Shown here: positions 1-7,784 of the stretch, piece after piece
Layout of the letters: each line of letters starts with the position of its first letter
How positions within the stretch are numbered: the stretch's first letter is position 1
Source of the DNA: Azotosporobacter soli
GTDB lineage: Bacteria; Bacillota; Negativicutes; SG130
Direction of reading: 5' to 3'
NCBI RefSeq assembly: GCF_030542965.1
Contig: NZ_JAUAOA010000002.1
Coordinates: 349,744 to 381,743 of the forward strand
Length of the DNA: 32,000 nt
Position numbers and translations under genes: made by a program
Notes under the pieces: generated by a model
Databases searched by the model: none
The model's input: only the letters and a program-made list of their open reading frames with translations
What the model was told of the DNA's origin: nothing

Positions 1-648
1 CCCTTCGCGTACGTTCTTCATTCCCTGGCGCAGTTTTTCCGTCAGGTTTTGCAGCTGCGTCACGTCGCCCTGCAGTTTATCTCTTGTCTGCGTAAGCGAC
101 TCGACTTTGCCGTCCAGTTCCGCTTTCTCCGCACGCAGCGCGGCCATATCCGCCTGCGCTTTCTCATAACTAATCTTCGCGGCCTGATACTCGGCCTGCA
201 CCGCAGCCAGTTCTTTTTCGATGCGATTTCGCTGTTCCTGTACCGTCTGTAGTTCACCGCTGACTGCCTTCAGCTTATCGCTGGTCTCCTGCACTTTGGC
301 GGTCATCAAGGCATATTCTTCGCTTTTGGCCTTGAGTTCGGCATGGCTTTTTTCCAGCTCTTTGTTTTTTAACGCCACATCCTGACTAAGACCGGCCAGT
401 TCCGTTTTCAGTTTTTCCATCCCGAACAATGCCGTCCTGACATCCTGCGAGACAATCGTCAGCGCGCCCATCGTCGCGGCAACGATCAGAAAACCGCTGA
501 CAATCGTGATCAGCGTCGAGGTATGGCGCGGTCGCAGGCCGAGTACCGTAAGCTTACGCTTGCCAATTCGCGTCCCCAAGCGATCTCCGATATATGCGAT
601 AGCGCCGCCGGTCAAAGCCAGTACAGCAATCAATACGATTCCTTCCAT
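1..648 (-). CDS. DUF3084-like membrane-anchored coiled-coil protein (N-terminal 216 codons; 3' end runs off the window)
   Basis: Missing from the ORF track because it has no stop in the window. The minus-strand frame is open from ATG at 648 to base 1 (648 nt = 216 codons), with GGAAGGA 8 nt upstream. Translation starts MEGIVLIAVLALTGGAIAYIGDRLGTRIGKRKLTVLGLRPRHTSTLITIVSGFLIVAATMGAL, followed by a long coiled-coil-like KELEKSHAELKAKSEEYALMTAKVQETSDKLK... The N-terminal GDRxGxxxGKxxL..LRPRxT pattern is recalled from DUF3084 proteins. Confidence 0.55.
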   Translation of the reverse strand, partial: MEGIVLIAVLALTGGAIAYIGDRLGTRIGKRKLTVLGLRPRHTSTLITIVSGFLIVAATMGALTIVSQDVRTALFGMEKLKTELAGLSQDVALKNKELEKSHAELKAKSEEYALMTAKVQETSDKLKAVSGELQTVQEQRNRIEKELAAVQAEYQAAKISYEKAQADMAALRAEKAELDGKVESLTQTRDKLQGDVTQLQNLTEKLRQGMKNVREG

Positions 649-692
649 CCAATCCGTCCTTCCTTGCCGCAAAAATATTTTTTCAAACACCA

Positions 693-815
693 AGATCACA
701 AAGAAACAGCAACCGTTAGATCCCCTCTGTCGTCCTAGGAGGCTGAAACCGTCCGCATAAACTCTTTAGTCCTTCTTTTTGAACTTCGCGTCTTTGTGGT
801 TTAAAAATCACTCCC
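693..815. repeat. Degenerate third copy of the intergenic hairpin element (see 6696-6793 and 7673-7772)
   Basis: CACAAAGA (697-704) pairs with TCTTTGTG (791-798), extendable with wobbles. The right end CTTTGTGGTTTAAAAATCACTCCC aligns with CTTCGTGTTAAAACATCCCC and CTTCGTGTTGAAAATCCCG of the other two copies. The interior is not conserved. Confidence 0.3.
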
Positions 816-867
816 ATATAAAAAACGCAAAGGATACAGAATAGATTCTGCACGACCTTTGCGTTTT
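816..867 (-). terminator. Rho-independent terminator after the lptF/G-family gene
   Basis: On the minus strand, AAAACGCAAAGG (867-856) pairs with CCTTTGCGTTTT (833-822). An inner CAGAAT/ATTCTG stem sits in the loop, and a run of 6 U follows (820-825 on plus is AAAAAA). It lies 27 nt after the stop at 894. Confidence 0.6.
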
Positions 868-893
868 CCTGTTGCCTTCTCGATATTCTTATT

Positions 894-1982
894 TTAGCGT
901 GCCGCCTTACGCACCAACCAGGCACCGATCGAAACACCGATGATATTCGGCAGCCAGGCCGCCAGCGGCGCGGGAACCGCGCCCCCCTGACCGAGCGCGG
1001 TCGTCACCGTCATGATCGTGTAGTAGGCAAAAATAATGACGACGCTGAGGCCAAGACCGATCGAAGAGCTCGAACGGTTCGGCTGCAGACCGAGCGGCGT
1101 ACCGATCAGCGCGAAAACGAACGACGCCATCGGAATGGCCAGCCGTTGGTGCAGCTCGACCTCCTGCGTATCTGCCTTGACGTATTCGCTCTTCAGCACC
1201 TGGATGTGCTGTTTCAATTCGCGAATCGTCATCTCTTCCGGTTTCTTCTGCTCGCGCGAAATCGCAGCCGGCGTTTTATCGACCGGCATATTTTGCTTGT
1301 CAAACACTAACGTCCGGTTAATCGTGCCGAGCGAATCCATGTCATGAATCACGCCGTTGTACATCGTCCAATGATTATCCTGCCAGATGGCGCGCTCTGC
1401 GCTTTCGACGCGAACCAGACGGTCCCTGTCAAATTCCTGCATCGACACCGCATACATCGTACTGGTCTCTTCCTCATATTTTTTCGCATAGGTTAAACGC
1501 TGAATCTCACCGCCACGCACATCTTTGATCACAATGTGTTCCTGCGATTTTGGCGTTGTATTGTGTTCAATCTGGTTGCGCACAATATCATTATAGGCCG
1601 CATTCGACTGCGGCACGACGTTTTCACTGAAAAAGACCGAAAAGACGCTGACCGCGAACGCCACCGCGAAGACCGGCGCAGCCAAACGAAAAAAACTGAT
1701 GCCGCCGGAGCGCATCGCGGTAATTTCGTTCGAACCAGAAAGACGGCCGAATGCTAACAGTGAAGCTAAGAGCATCGACATCGGAAACGTCAGGACGATG
1801 ATGCTCGGCAGGCTGTAGACGAATAATTTGATGACCGCGCCGAGTTCCGCTCCGTATTTGGTCACATACTGTGCAATACGAAACAAAGTACTAGTACCGA
1901 TAAAAACGCTGGAAAAGGCGCAAATTCCGAAGAGGAACGGGCCTAATAATTCTTTGACAATATATTTGTCCAATATGCGCAT
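894..1982 (-). CDS. LPS export ABC transporter permease, LptF/LptG (YjgP/YjgQ) family
   Basis: 362-aa ORF with N-terminus MRILDKYIVKELLGPFLFGICAF. It has multiple TM segments flanking a large hydrophilic loop, as in YjgP/YjgQ permeases. It starts 11 nt downstream of lptB. Only one such gene is present in the window. Confidence 0.85.
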   Translation of the reverse strand: MRILDKYIVKELLGPFLFGICAFSSVFIGTSTLFRIAQYVTKYGAELGAVIKLFVYSLPSIIVLTFPMSMLLASLLAFGRLSGSNEITAMRSGGISFFRLAAPVFAVAFAVSVFSVFFSENVVPQSNAAYNDIVRNQIEHNTTPKSQEHIVIKDVRGGEIQRLTYAKKYEEETSTMYAVSMQEFDRDRLVRVESAERAIWQDNHWTMYNGVIHDMDSLGTINRTLVFDKQNMPVDKTPAAISREQKKPEEMTIRELKQHIQVLKSEYVKADTQEVELHQRLAIPMASFVFALIGTPLGLQPNRSSSSIGLGLSVVIIFAYYTIMTVTTALGQGGAVPAPLAAWLPNIIGVSIGAWLVRKAAR

Positions 1983-1992
1983 CGCTGTTCTC

Positions 1993-2712
1993 CTACAAGC
2001 TAAAGTTTTCCCCTAGATAAAATTTCTTGGCAATCTCGCTGCTGGCGATCGTTTCGGCGTCGCCTTCGATGAGGATCTTTCCTTCGTTCAAGATATAGGC
2101 CCGATCAACAATGCTCAAGGTCTCGCGCACATTGTGGTCGGTAATCAATACGCCGATGCCGCGCTGTTTCAAGTAGGCAATGATCGCCTGAATGTCAGCC
2201 ACCGCAATCGGATCGACGCCGGCAAACGGTTCGTCAAGCAAAATGAAATAGGGGTCTGTGGCTAGAGAACGTGCGATCTCAAGACGTCTACGCTCGCCGC
2301 CCGACAGTTGCGAGCCCAGGCGTTTTCTCACATGCGCGATGTGAAATTCGTCGAGCAGACTCTCTACTTTAGTGCGCCGTGCGGCCAACGGCATGTCGGT
2401 CGTTTCAAGGATCGCCATCAGGTTATCCTCGACGGAAAGTTTGCGAAAGACCGAAGGTTCCTGCGGCAAGTAGCCGATGCCAAAGCGCGAACGCTTGTAC
2501 ATTGGCATTTGCGTGACGTCTTCATCATTGATGATGATGCGCCCCTGGTTCGGCTGCTCCAAGCCGACGATCATGTAAAAGCTGGTCGTCTTGCCCGCGC
2601 CATTCGGCCCAAGCAAGCCGACGATCTCGCCGCGGTTAACCCGCAGGCTGACGCCGTCGACCACATTGCGCCCTTTATATGTCTTTACCAGTTCAAGGGT
2701 TTCTATATACAT
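1993..2712 (-). CDS. lptB: LPS export ABC transporter ATP-binding protein LptB
   Basis: Walker [13 protein letters not shown] signature LSGGERRR, Walker B ILLDEP, and a C-terminal FYLGENF tail typical of LptB. The ORF-track start at 2727 has no SD. ATG at 2712 has GAGGAA (2725-2720) 7 nt upstream, so I use 2712. Confidence 0.92.
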   Translation of the reverse strand: MYIETLELVKTYKGRNVVDGVSLRVNRGEIVGLLGPNGAGKTTSFYMIVGLEQPNQGRIIINDEDVTQMPMYKRSRFGIGYLPQEPSVFRKLSVEDNLMAILETTDMPLAARRTKVESLLDEFHIAHVRKRLGSQLSGGERRRLEIARSLATDPYFILLDEPFAGVDPIAVADIQAIIAYLKQRGIGVLITDHNVRETLSIVDRAYILNEGKILIEGDAETIASSEIAKKFYLGENFSL

Positions 2713-2741
2713 ACCTGTATTCCTCATTTAATTCAGTATTT

Positions 2742-2874
2742 TGGCTCGTGGCTCGTGGCTCGTGGCTCGTGGCTCGTGGCTCGTGGCTCGTGGCTCGTGG
2801 CTCGTGGCTCGTGGCTCGTGGCTCGTGGCTCGTGGCTCGTGGCTCGTGGCTCGTGGCTCGTGGCTCGTGGCTCG
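2742..2874. repeat. Perfect tandem heptanucleotide microsatellite, (TGGCTCG)x19 on plus / (CGAGCCA)x19 on the gene strand
   Basis: Counted directly: units start at 2742 + 7k, with 19 uninterrupted identical copies (133 nt). The tract lies between the lptA stop (2928) and the lptB start (2712). Confidence 0.97.
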
Positions 2875-2880
2875 TCAGGC

Positions 2881-2889
2881 ATTATACCA
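2881..2889 (-). promoter_or_regulatory. Extended -10 promoter-like element TGgTATAAT facing lptB
   Basis: The minus strand reads ...aacggctcaTGgTATAATgcctg immediately before the first heptamer unit. The best -35 at 17-nt spacing is only AGTACA (3/6). A start site would fall at the edge of the repeat tract. Confidence 0.3.
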
Positions 2890-2927
2890 TGAGCCGTTTG
2901 CCATGTACTATGAGCTATTTCCCGCCC

Positions 2928-3644
2928 CTACTCGTCCTTCGGTATCACGACGAGCTTGCTGCGACCTTGCGCATCCATCGCCTTGTCATCCATGTAGATC
3001 GTCAGGCTGTTGCCGGTCAGCGTGTTGCCGTCCTGTATCGCTCTGGCATTGCCGGTCAATACGGCGCGGCCTTCGCCTTTTTTACCGTAATAGACCGCAT
3101 GGTCGGAAACGGCATCGAGTTTGCGCGTCTCGCTGACGACATGGACGTTGCCGTCAATGACGACACGTTCTTCTTGTGTAAACGCTTCCAACCGATTGCC
3201 GGTAATCACGCCGTCAGCGGTGTCCATTCGCGCCCAGCCTTCGACCAGCGCATAGCCTTTGTCAGCATAGTAATCAATTTTTGGTCCGGCAAGCCGGTTT
3301 TCACCTTTCGTCAAAATCGGCTGCCCTGCCGCAATCAGGTGATTATTATCATAGCCGCGTACTTCTTCCGCAATTAACGTGGCATCTTCTTTGACAACTT
3401 TAACGCCGCCATGAATGTACGTTTCCTGCGTTTTGACGTTATATTCGGCCTGCGCGCCGGTCATCATCGATTTTCCTTGCACCAGCTTGACATTGCCAGT
3501 CGCGATCATGACGCCGCGCACCGAGTCGTATTCAATCGTATCGGCAACCAAGTCAATCGGCTCATTGCCCGCTGCCGCTGCGCCGCCCGATAAGCCAATC
3601 AGCAAACAAACCGCAAGTAGCGCGCTTTTCCACTGTCTTCTCAT
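2928..3644 (-). CDS. lptA: Periplasmic LPS transport protein, LptA/OstA-N family
   Basis: Signal peptide MRRQWKSALLAVCLLIGLSGGAAAAG, followed by OstA-like beta-jellyroll sequence (ADTIEYDSVRGVMIATGNVKLVQG..., repeated GN-V motifs). The start overlaps the lptC stop (ATGA at 3644-3641). At 238 aa it is longer than the E. coli LptA as I recall it. Confidence 0.8.
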   Translation of the reverse strand: MRRQWKSALLAVCLLIGLSGGAAAAGNEPIDLVADTIEYDSVRGVMIATGNVKLVQGKSMMTGAQAEYNVKTQETYIHGGVKVVKEDATLIAEEVRGYDNNHLIAAGQPILTKGENRLAGPKIDYYADKGYALVEGWARMDTADGVITGNRLEAFTQEERVVIDGNVHVVSETRKLDAVSDHAVYYGKKGEGRAVLTGNARAIQDGNTLTGNSLTIYMDDKAMDAQGRSKLVVIPKDE

Positions 3645-4192
3645 TTTGCTCCCCCTTTTACCACGTGGGCATTGCCCTGGACTTTTATTTTTTCCAGTTT
3701 TCCGTCCGTATCCAAACGATCGCCAGTCACGACTGTGTCTTCACGCGTCAGTTTAACTTGTCCTGTTGCCGTAAAGAGCCCGTCCTTCGCTTGCCAGTTG
3801 GCTTCCTGCGCGGTGAATGTCGCACCGTCGCTGGTTACCGCGTGCACGGATCCTTTTAGCGCGATATCTTTGCTGTTATGATCCATGTTTCCCTCTGGCG
3901 CGGTAAGCACGATCTGCGTGCCATTCTCCTGAAAAAAGGTCGCTTTGACGTTTTTCACGCGCAAATTGCTGCTGTCGACATCGATCTCAATCGTCTCCGC
4001 CGTGACCTGCCAGATTTTTCGTCCGTCTTTCTCTTCGGAGATCGTATTGCCTTCGTAAGTCAGAAAGGTCGGCGCCTTAGACGGCAACGCTTCTTTTTCC
4101 GCAGCCGGCGCTTCCGGCCTGAGAAAATAATAGATGCCCCAGGCCAAAAGTAAGACGATCGCGCAGCCAATCAGCCAGTTAGCTTTTTTCAT
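3641..4192 (-). CDS. lptC: LPS export system inner-membrane anchored protein LptC
   Basis: N-terminal TM anchor MKKANWLIGCAIVLLLAWGIYYF, then a beta-rich periplasmic domain. AGGAGGA SD is present. Its position directly upstream of lptA-lptB matches lptCAB operons. Confidence 0.75.
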   Translation of the reverse strand: MKKANWLIGCAIVLLLAWGIYYFLRPEAPAAEKEALPSKAPTFLTYEGNTISEEKDGRKIWQVTAETIEIDVDSSNLRVKNVKATFFQENGTQIVLTAPEGNMDHNSKDIALKGSVHAVTSDGATFTAQEANWQAKDGLFTATGQVKLTREDTVVTGDRLDTDGKLEKIKVQGNAHVVKGGAK

Positions 4193-5081
4193 TCTTTTCC
4201 TCCTGTGTCGACGCAGGCCGCGTCGCCCAGCGTTTTTGAAACCACAACCATTCGTCGGGAAATTCGCGGATCACTTGTTCTGTCAGCGTGGTCATCTCCT
4301 GCGTAAGGCGCAGCAAATCCGCTTCTTCTCCGTCCTGCTCCACGAAATATAACGGCGGCTGCACCAACACGCGGTGTCCTCCGCCTGGCTTGCGCACGAT
4401 GAAGACCGACACGACCGGCGCTTTGAAACGTCTGGCGAATACCGCCGGACCGCTCGGCGTCGAAGCCGGACAGGCAAAAAACTCCACGAACTGTCCGTCC
4501 ACTCCGGCATCCTGGTCGGCGACCAGACCGAGAATCTTCTTCTGCTTCAGCGCTCGCATCGCCCCCAGCATCTCGTTGGTGCCTTTTGCAAAAATCTCAA
4601 TACCGCTCCACTGGCGGTTTTCATTCAAAAAACGTGTCACCTGATCGTTTTCCTGCCGCCGGATGACGCTGGTCATCGGAAAACCGATGATCGACATCAC
4701 AGCGCCAAGCCATTCCCAGTTTCCCATATGCCCGGTCAGAAAAACGACGCCGTGCCCCTCGGCCAATGCCTCGTCCAAATAATGACGGTTCTCAATCGTG
4801 ATATGTTTCGCAATGAATTCCGGCGTCAACGCCGGGATATAAAGAACCTCCATGACGGTCTGTCCCAGTTTGGCGCACAGAGAAGCAATGATCGCCTGCG
4901 CCGCCTGCGGCGACAAATCCATCCGTTCTTGAATCTGACGCAAAGCGCGCTCGCGCTGTTTTTTCGCGATGCGATAGTATAATTTTCCGACTTGTGCCCC
5001 TATCGCCAAGACCCATGTATAAGGCAAGAGACAAACCAGTCTGCTTGCCATTTTCAAAAAATGATATTGCCATTGCCCCAC
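4179..5081 (-). CDS. Lipid A late (secondary) acyltransferase, LpxL/LpxM/HtrB family
   Basis: The catalytic HX4E motif is in TGHMGNWEWLG. It has an N-terminal membrane anchor and is about 300 aa. GTG start has AAGGAGG 8 nt upstream. Confidence 0.8.
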   Translation of the reverse strand: MGQWQYHFLKMASRLVCLLPYTWVLAIGAQVGKLYYRIAKKQRERALRQIQERMDLSPQAAQAIIASLCAKLGQTVMEVLYIPALTPEFIAKHITIENRHYLDEALAEGHGVVFLTGHMGNWEWLGAVMSIIGFPMTSVIRRQENDQVTRFLNENRQWSGIEIFAKGTNEMLGAMRALKQKKILGLVADQDAGVDGQFVEFFACPASTPSGPAVFARRFKAPVVSVFIVRKPGGGHRVLVQPPLYFVEQDGEEADLLRLTQEMTTLTEQVIREFPDEWLWFQKRWATRPASTQEEKNEKS

Positions 5082-5149
5082 AAATCGGGCCTCCTTACCA
5101 TGTTTTCCCCTGCGTTGCCGCTATTTATCGCCTAACCTTCCCGTCCGCA

Positions 5150-5692
5150 TTACTGACCGGCTTCGCTTTGGCTTTGCTGATAGTCGTTGACGATGTTCTC
5201 CCATTTGTTCTGCGCTTTCAAGATCAGTTCGACGACTTCTCTGACGGCGCCATGCCCACCAGCCTTGACCGTGACATAGTGCGCGACATCCTTGACTTCG
5301 AGCGCGGCATTCGAGACTGCGCAGGCAAGTCCGGCCCGGTGAACCGCGGGCAAGTCATTTAAGTCATCGCCGATATAGGCGATTTCCGCCAAGGGAATTT
5401 TGCATTCCTGCGCGATTTCCTCAAGCGCCGCCGCCTTATCGCTGCAGCCCTGACGAACGATTGAGATTGACAATTCCGCGGCCCGTTTCGCGACAATCTC
5501 ACTTTGCCGTCCGGTAATGATCGCGGTCTTCAAGCCGGCTTTGCCAGCGGCCGCTAAGCCCAGTCCGTCCTGGCTGTTAAACGCCTTGAAGACTTCGCCG
5601 CTTGCGCCGATAAAAATCCGACCGTCCGTCAAAACGCCGTCCACATCCATGACCAGCATCCGTATCCGTCTAACCCGTTCGCGTCTATCCAT
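5150..5692 (-). CDS. kdsC: 3-deoxy-D-manno-octulosonate 8-phosphate phosphatase KdsC
   Basis: HAD motif I MDVDGVLTDG, ...KAFNSQDG..., IITGR, and YIGDDLNDLP...GGHGAVREV, collinear with KdsC. It is 180 aa. Confidence 0.9.
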   Translation of the reverse strand: MDRRERVRRIRMLVMDVDGVLTDGRIFIGASGEVFKAFNSQDGLGLAAAGKAGLKTAIITGRQSEIVAKRAAELSISIVRQGCSDKAAALEEIAQECKIPLAEIAYIGDDLNDLPAVHRAGLACAVSNAALEVKDVAHYVTVKAGGHGAVREVVELILKAQNKWENIVNDYQQSQSEAGQ

Positions 5693-5693
5693 T

Positions 5694-6662
5694 TTACACC
5701 ACTCCTTGTCTAAGTAAATCCGTCAAGTGCAAGAGGCCGATCGCCTTGCCGTCCTGGTCCACCACCGGCAGCACCGTGATCGGGCGCGGCTGGTTCTTTT
5801 CCATGATATGAAGCGCCTGCGCCGCCAGTTTTTCCTGACTGATCGTCTTCGGCGTCTTCGTCATCAGCGTTGTGACGTTTTCATCGAGGAAACCGTGTCC
5901 TTTTTCCAAACCGCGCCGTATATCGCCGTCGGTGATCAGGCCCAACAAACGTCCCGTTTCGTCAACGACCGAGGTCGCGCCGAGTCCTTTGCCGGTTATG
6001 ACGAACAGCGCTTCCTTCACCGTCTTGTCCTGCGTAATCAATGGATTGCTCTCACCGCCATGCATCACGTTTTCCACGGTGAGCAGCAGTTTGCGTCCGA
6101 GTGCACCGCCAGGATGAAATAGGGCAAAATCCTGCGACGTGAATTTTCGCTCCGAAAGCAGCACTACCGCGAGCGCGTCTCCCATCGCAAGCGTCGCGGT
6201 CGTGCTGCTGGTCGGAGCCAGTCCGAGCGGACAGGCTTCTTTTTCGATCGCCACTTCCAGTACGATGTCGGCATTGCGCCCCATCGTCGAGTCCAGCCTG
6301 CCGCAGATCACGATGATCTTTGCACCGATCCGGCGCAAAGCCGGGAAAATACTGACGACTTCCTGCGTCTCGCCGCTGTAGGAGATTGCCAGTACGACAT
6401 CTTCGCTGGTCACCATGCCCAAATCGCCGTGAATCCCTTCCGCCGGATGGAGAAAAAAGGACGGCGTTCCGGTACTGGCCAGGGTTGCGGCAATCTTCTT
6501 GCCGATATGGCCGGACTTTCCCATCCCGGTGACGACGACGCGCCCGTTGCAGGCAAGCATCATCTTGACCGCCTCACTGAACTGCCCGTTCAGCGTGGGG
6601 ATCAGGTCCAAGATCGCCTTCGCTTCCATTTCCAATACGTTCCTCGCCTGTTCCAGTATCAT
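5694..6662 (-). CDS. kdsD: Arabinose-5-phosphate isomerase KdsD (SIS + tandem CBS domains)
   Basis: SIS motif VVVTGMGKSGHIGKKIAATLASTGTPSFFLHPAEGIHGDLG, with C-terminal CBS pair. The ORF track extends to 6704, but ATG at 6662 (MILEQARN...) has GGAGG (6676-6672) 9 nt upstream. Confidence 0.9.
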   Translation of the reverse strand: MILEQARNVLEMEAKAILDLIPTLNGQFSEAVKMMLACNGRVVVTGMGKSGHIGKKIAATLASTGTPSFFLHPAEGIHGDLGMVTSEDVVLAISYSGETQEVVSIFPALRRIGAKIIVICGRLDSTMGRNADIVLEVAIEKEACPLGLAPTSSTTATLAMGDALAVVLLSERKFTSQDFALFHPGGALGRKLLLTVENVMHGGESNPLITQDKTVKEALFVITGKGLGATSVVDETGRLLGLITDGDIRRGLEKGHGFLDENVTTLMTKTPKTISQEKLAAQALHIMEKNQPRPITVLPVVDQDGKAIGLLHLTDLLRQGVV

Positions 6663-6695
6663 TAGGAAAAACCTCCTTCTCAATTGTGTGTCAGG

Positions 6696-6793
6696 TTTCA
6701 ACACGAAGGCGCGAAAAATTGAAAGACACGAAGAAATTTAGATTTTAAAATTCCTTCCGCTCTTTCTTTTTTCTTCCTTTCTTCGTGTTAAAA
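6696..6793. repeat. About 100-nt imperfect hairpin element, copy A (kdsA-kdsD gap)
   Basis: AACACGAAG (6700-6708) pairs with CTTCGTGTT (6781-6789). Internal purine-rich left arm segments GAAAAA and GAAAGA pair with TTTTTC and TCTTTC on the right arm. It begins about 11 nt after the kdsA TAG stop. Confidence 0.7.
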
Positions 6794-6804
6794 CATCCCC
6801 ATCC

Positions 6805-7629
6805 CTATTTATGCTTGCGCGCAACGGCGTCGATAGCCTGGACATCTTTAAGCAGTTCTTCCAGTTGCTCGATATAGAGCATGTTCGGACCGTCAGACAA
6901 GGCCTCCGGCGGATTGTCGTGCACTTCGGTAAAGAGCACATCGATGCCCGTAGCGACCGCAGCCCTCGTTAGATAGGGAACGAATTCGCGCTGACCGCTC
7001 GAGGTGGTTCCTGCGCCGCCGGGTAGCTGCACGCAATGCGTCGCGTCAAAAACCACCGGATAACCCAAACCACGCATGATAGCCAGCGAGCGCATGTCGG
7101 TGACCAGGTTGTTATAGCCAAAGCTCGCACCGCGTTCGGTCAGGAGAATGTTTTCATTGCCCGCTTCGCGGATCTTGTCCACGACATTTTTCATATCCCA
7201 CGGTGCCAGGAACTGACCCTTTTTCACATTGACGACCTTGCCTGTCAGCGCTGCCTGATGGACCAAATCGGTTTGACGGCAGAGAAAAGCCGGAATTTGC
7301 AAAATATCAAGCACTTCTTTTGCCGCGTCAATCTGCGTCACTTCATGAATGTCGCTGACGATCGGCACCTGAAGTTCCTGCTTAATCGCCGCCAAAATAC
7401 GCAGCCCTTCTTCCAGGCCCGGTCCGCGAAAAGATTGGTACGAGGATCGGTTCGCTTTATCAAAGGAGGCTTTGAATATATAAGGCACGCCCAATTTAGC
7501 GGCGATCGCCTTGATTTCCCGGCCAATGCGCAGTGTGCGTTCCATGCCTTCAATCACGCAAGGTCCGGCGATCAGCGCAATCGGATTCTTGCCGCCGACG
7601 GTAATCGGTCCAATATTTACAGTATTCAT
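6805..7629 (-). CDS. kdsA: 3-deoxy-8-phosphooctulonate synthase KdsA
   Basis: 274 aa with [21 protein letters not shown] and [13 protein letters not shown] motifs typical of KdsA. Confidence 0.93.
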   Translation of the reverse strand: MNTVNIGPITVGGKNPIALIAGPCVIEGMERTLRIGREIKAIAAKLGVPYIFKASFDKANRSSYQSFRGPGLEEGLRILAAIKQELQVPIVSDIHEVTQIDAAKEVLDILQIPAFLCRQTDLVHQAALTGKVVNVKKGQFLAPWDMKNVVDKIREAGNENILLTERGASFGYNNLVTDMRSLAIMRGLGYPVVFDATHCVQLPGGAGTTSSGQREFVPYLTRAAVATGIDVLFTEVHDNPPEALSDGPNMLYIEQLEELLKDVQAIDAVARKHK

Positions 7630-7672
7630 TGCGACACTTCCTTTTTCCTGTAATTTACTAAGTCAAAGCGGA

Positions 7673-7772
7673 TTCAACACGAAGAATCGAAAAACGAAAG
7701 AGGAAAAGATTTTATTCGTATAAAAAAGAACTTCTTCCTTTCTTTATTTTCTCTTCCCTTCTTCGTGTTGAA
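7673..7772. repeat. About 100-nt imperfect hairpin element, copy B (kdsB-kdsA gap)
   Basis: TTCAACACGAAG (7673-7684) is a perfect 12-bp inverted repeat with CTTCGTGTTGAA (7761-7772). The purine-rich left arm and pyrimidine-rich right arm match copy A. It begins about 12 nt after the kdsB TAG stop. Confidence 0.75.
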
Positions 7773-7784
7773 AATCCCGTCATG

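Noticed and set aside
49-257. Small ORFs 49-252 (+) and 60-257 (-) at the left edge
   Set aside because: They lie inside a longer minus-strand frame, open from 648 to base 1, that has an SD, TM segments and a coiled-coil pattern. The track missed that frame because it has no stop in the window.
2742-2874. Possible CRISPR array
   Set aside because: The unit is only 7 nt with no spacers, and no cas genes are present. It is a microsatellite, not a CRISPR array.
2308-3377. Plus-strand ORFs (2308-2892, 2679-3377, 2741-3136) encoding WLVARGS repeat 'proteins'
   Set aside because: They are translations of the 7-nt microsatellite in all three plus-strand frames. They have no SD, are antisense to lptB and lptA, and their non-repeat parts look like shadow-frame sequence.
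6696-7772. Interpreting the hairpin elements as MITEs with target-site duplications
   Set aside because: The flanks (caggt / aaaacatc and gcgga / aaaatccc) show no direct duplication. Conserved sequence extends beyond the inverted repeat on one side. Mobility cannot be claimed from three copies, so they are kept as a structural repeat family only.
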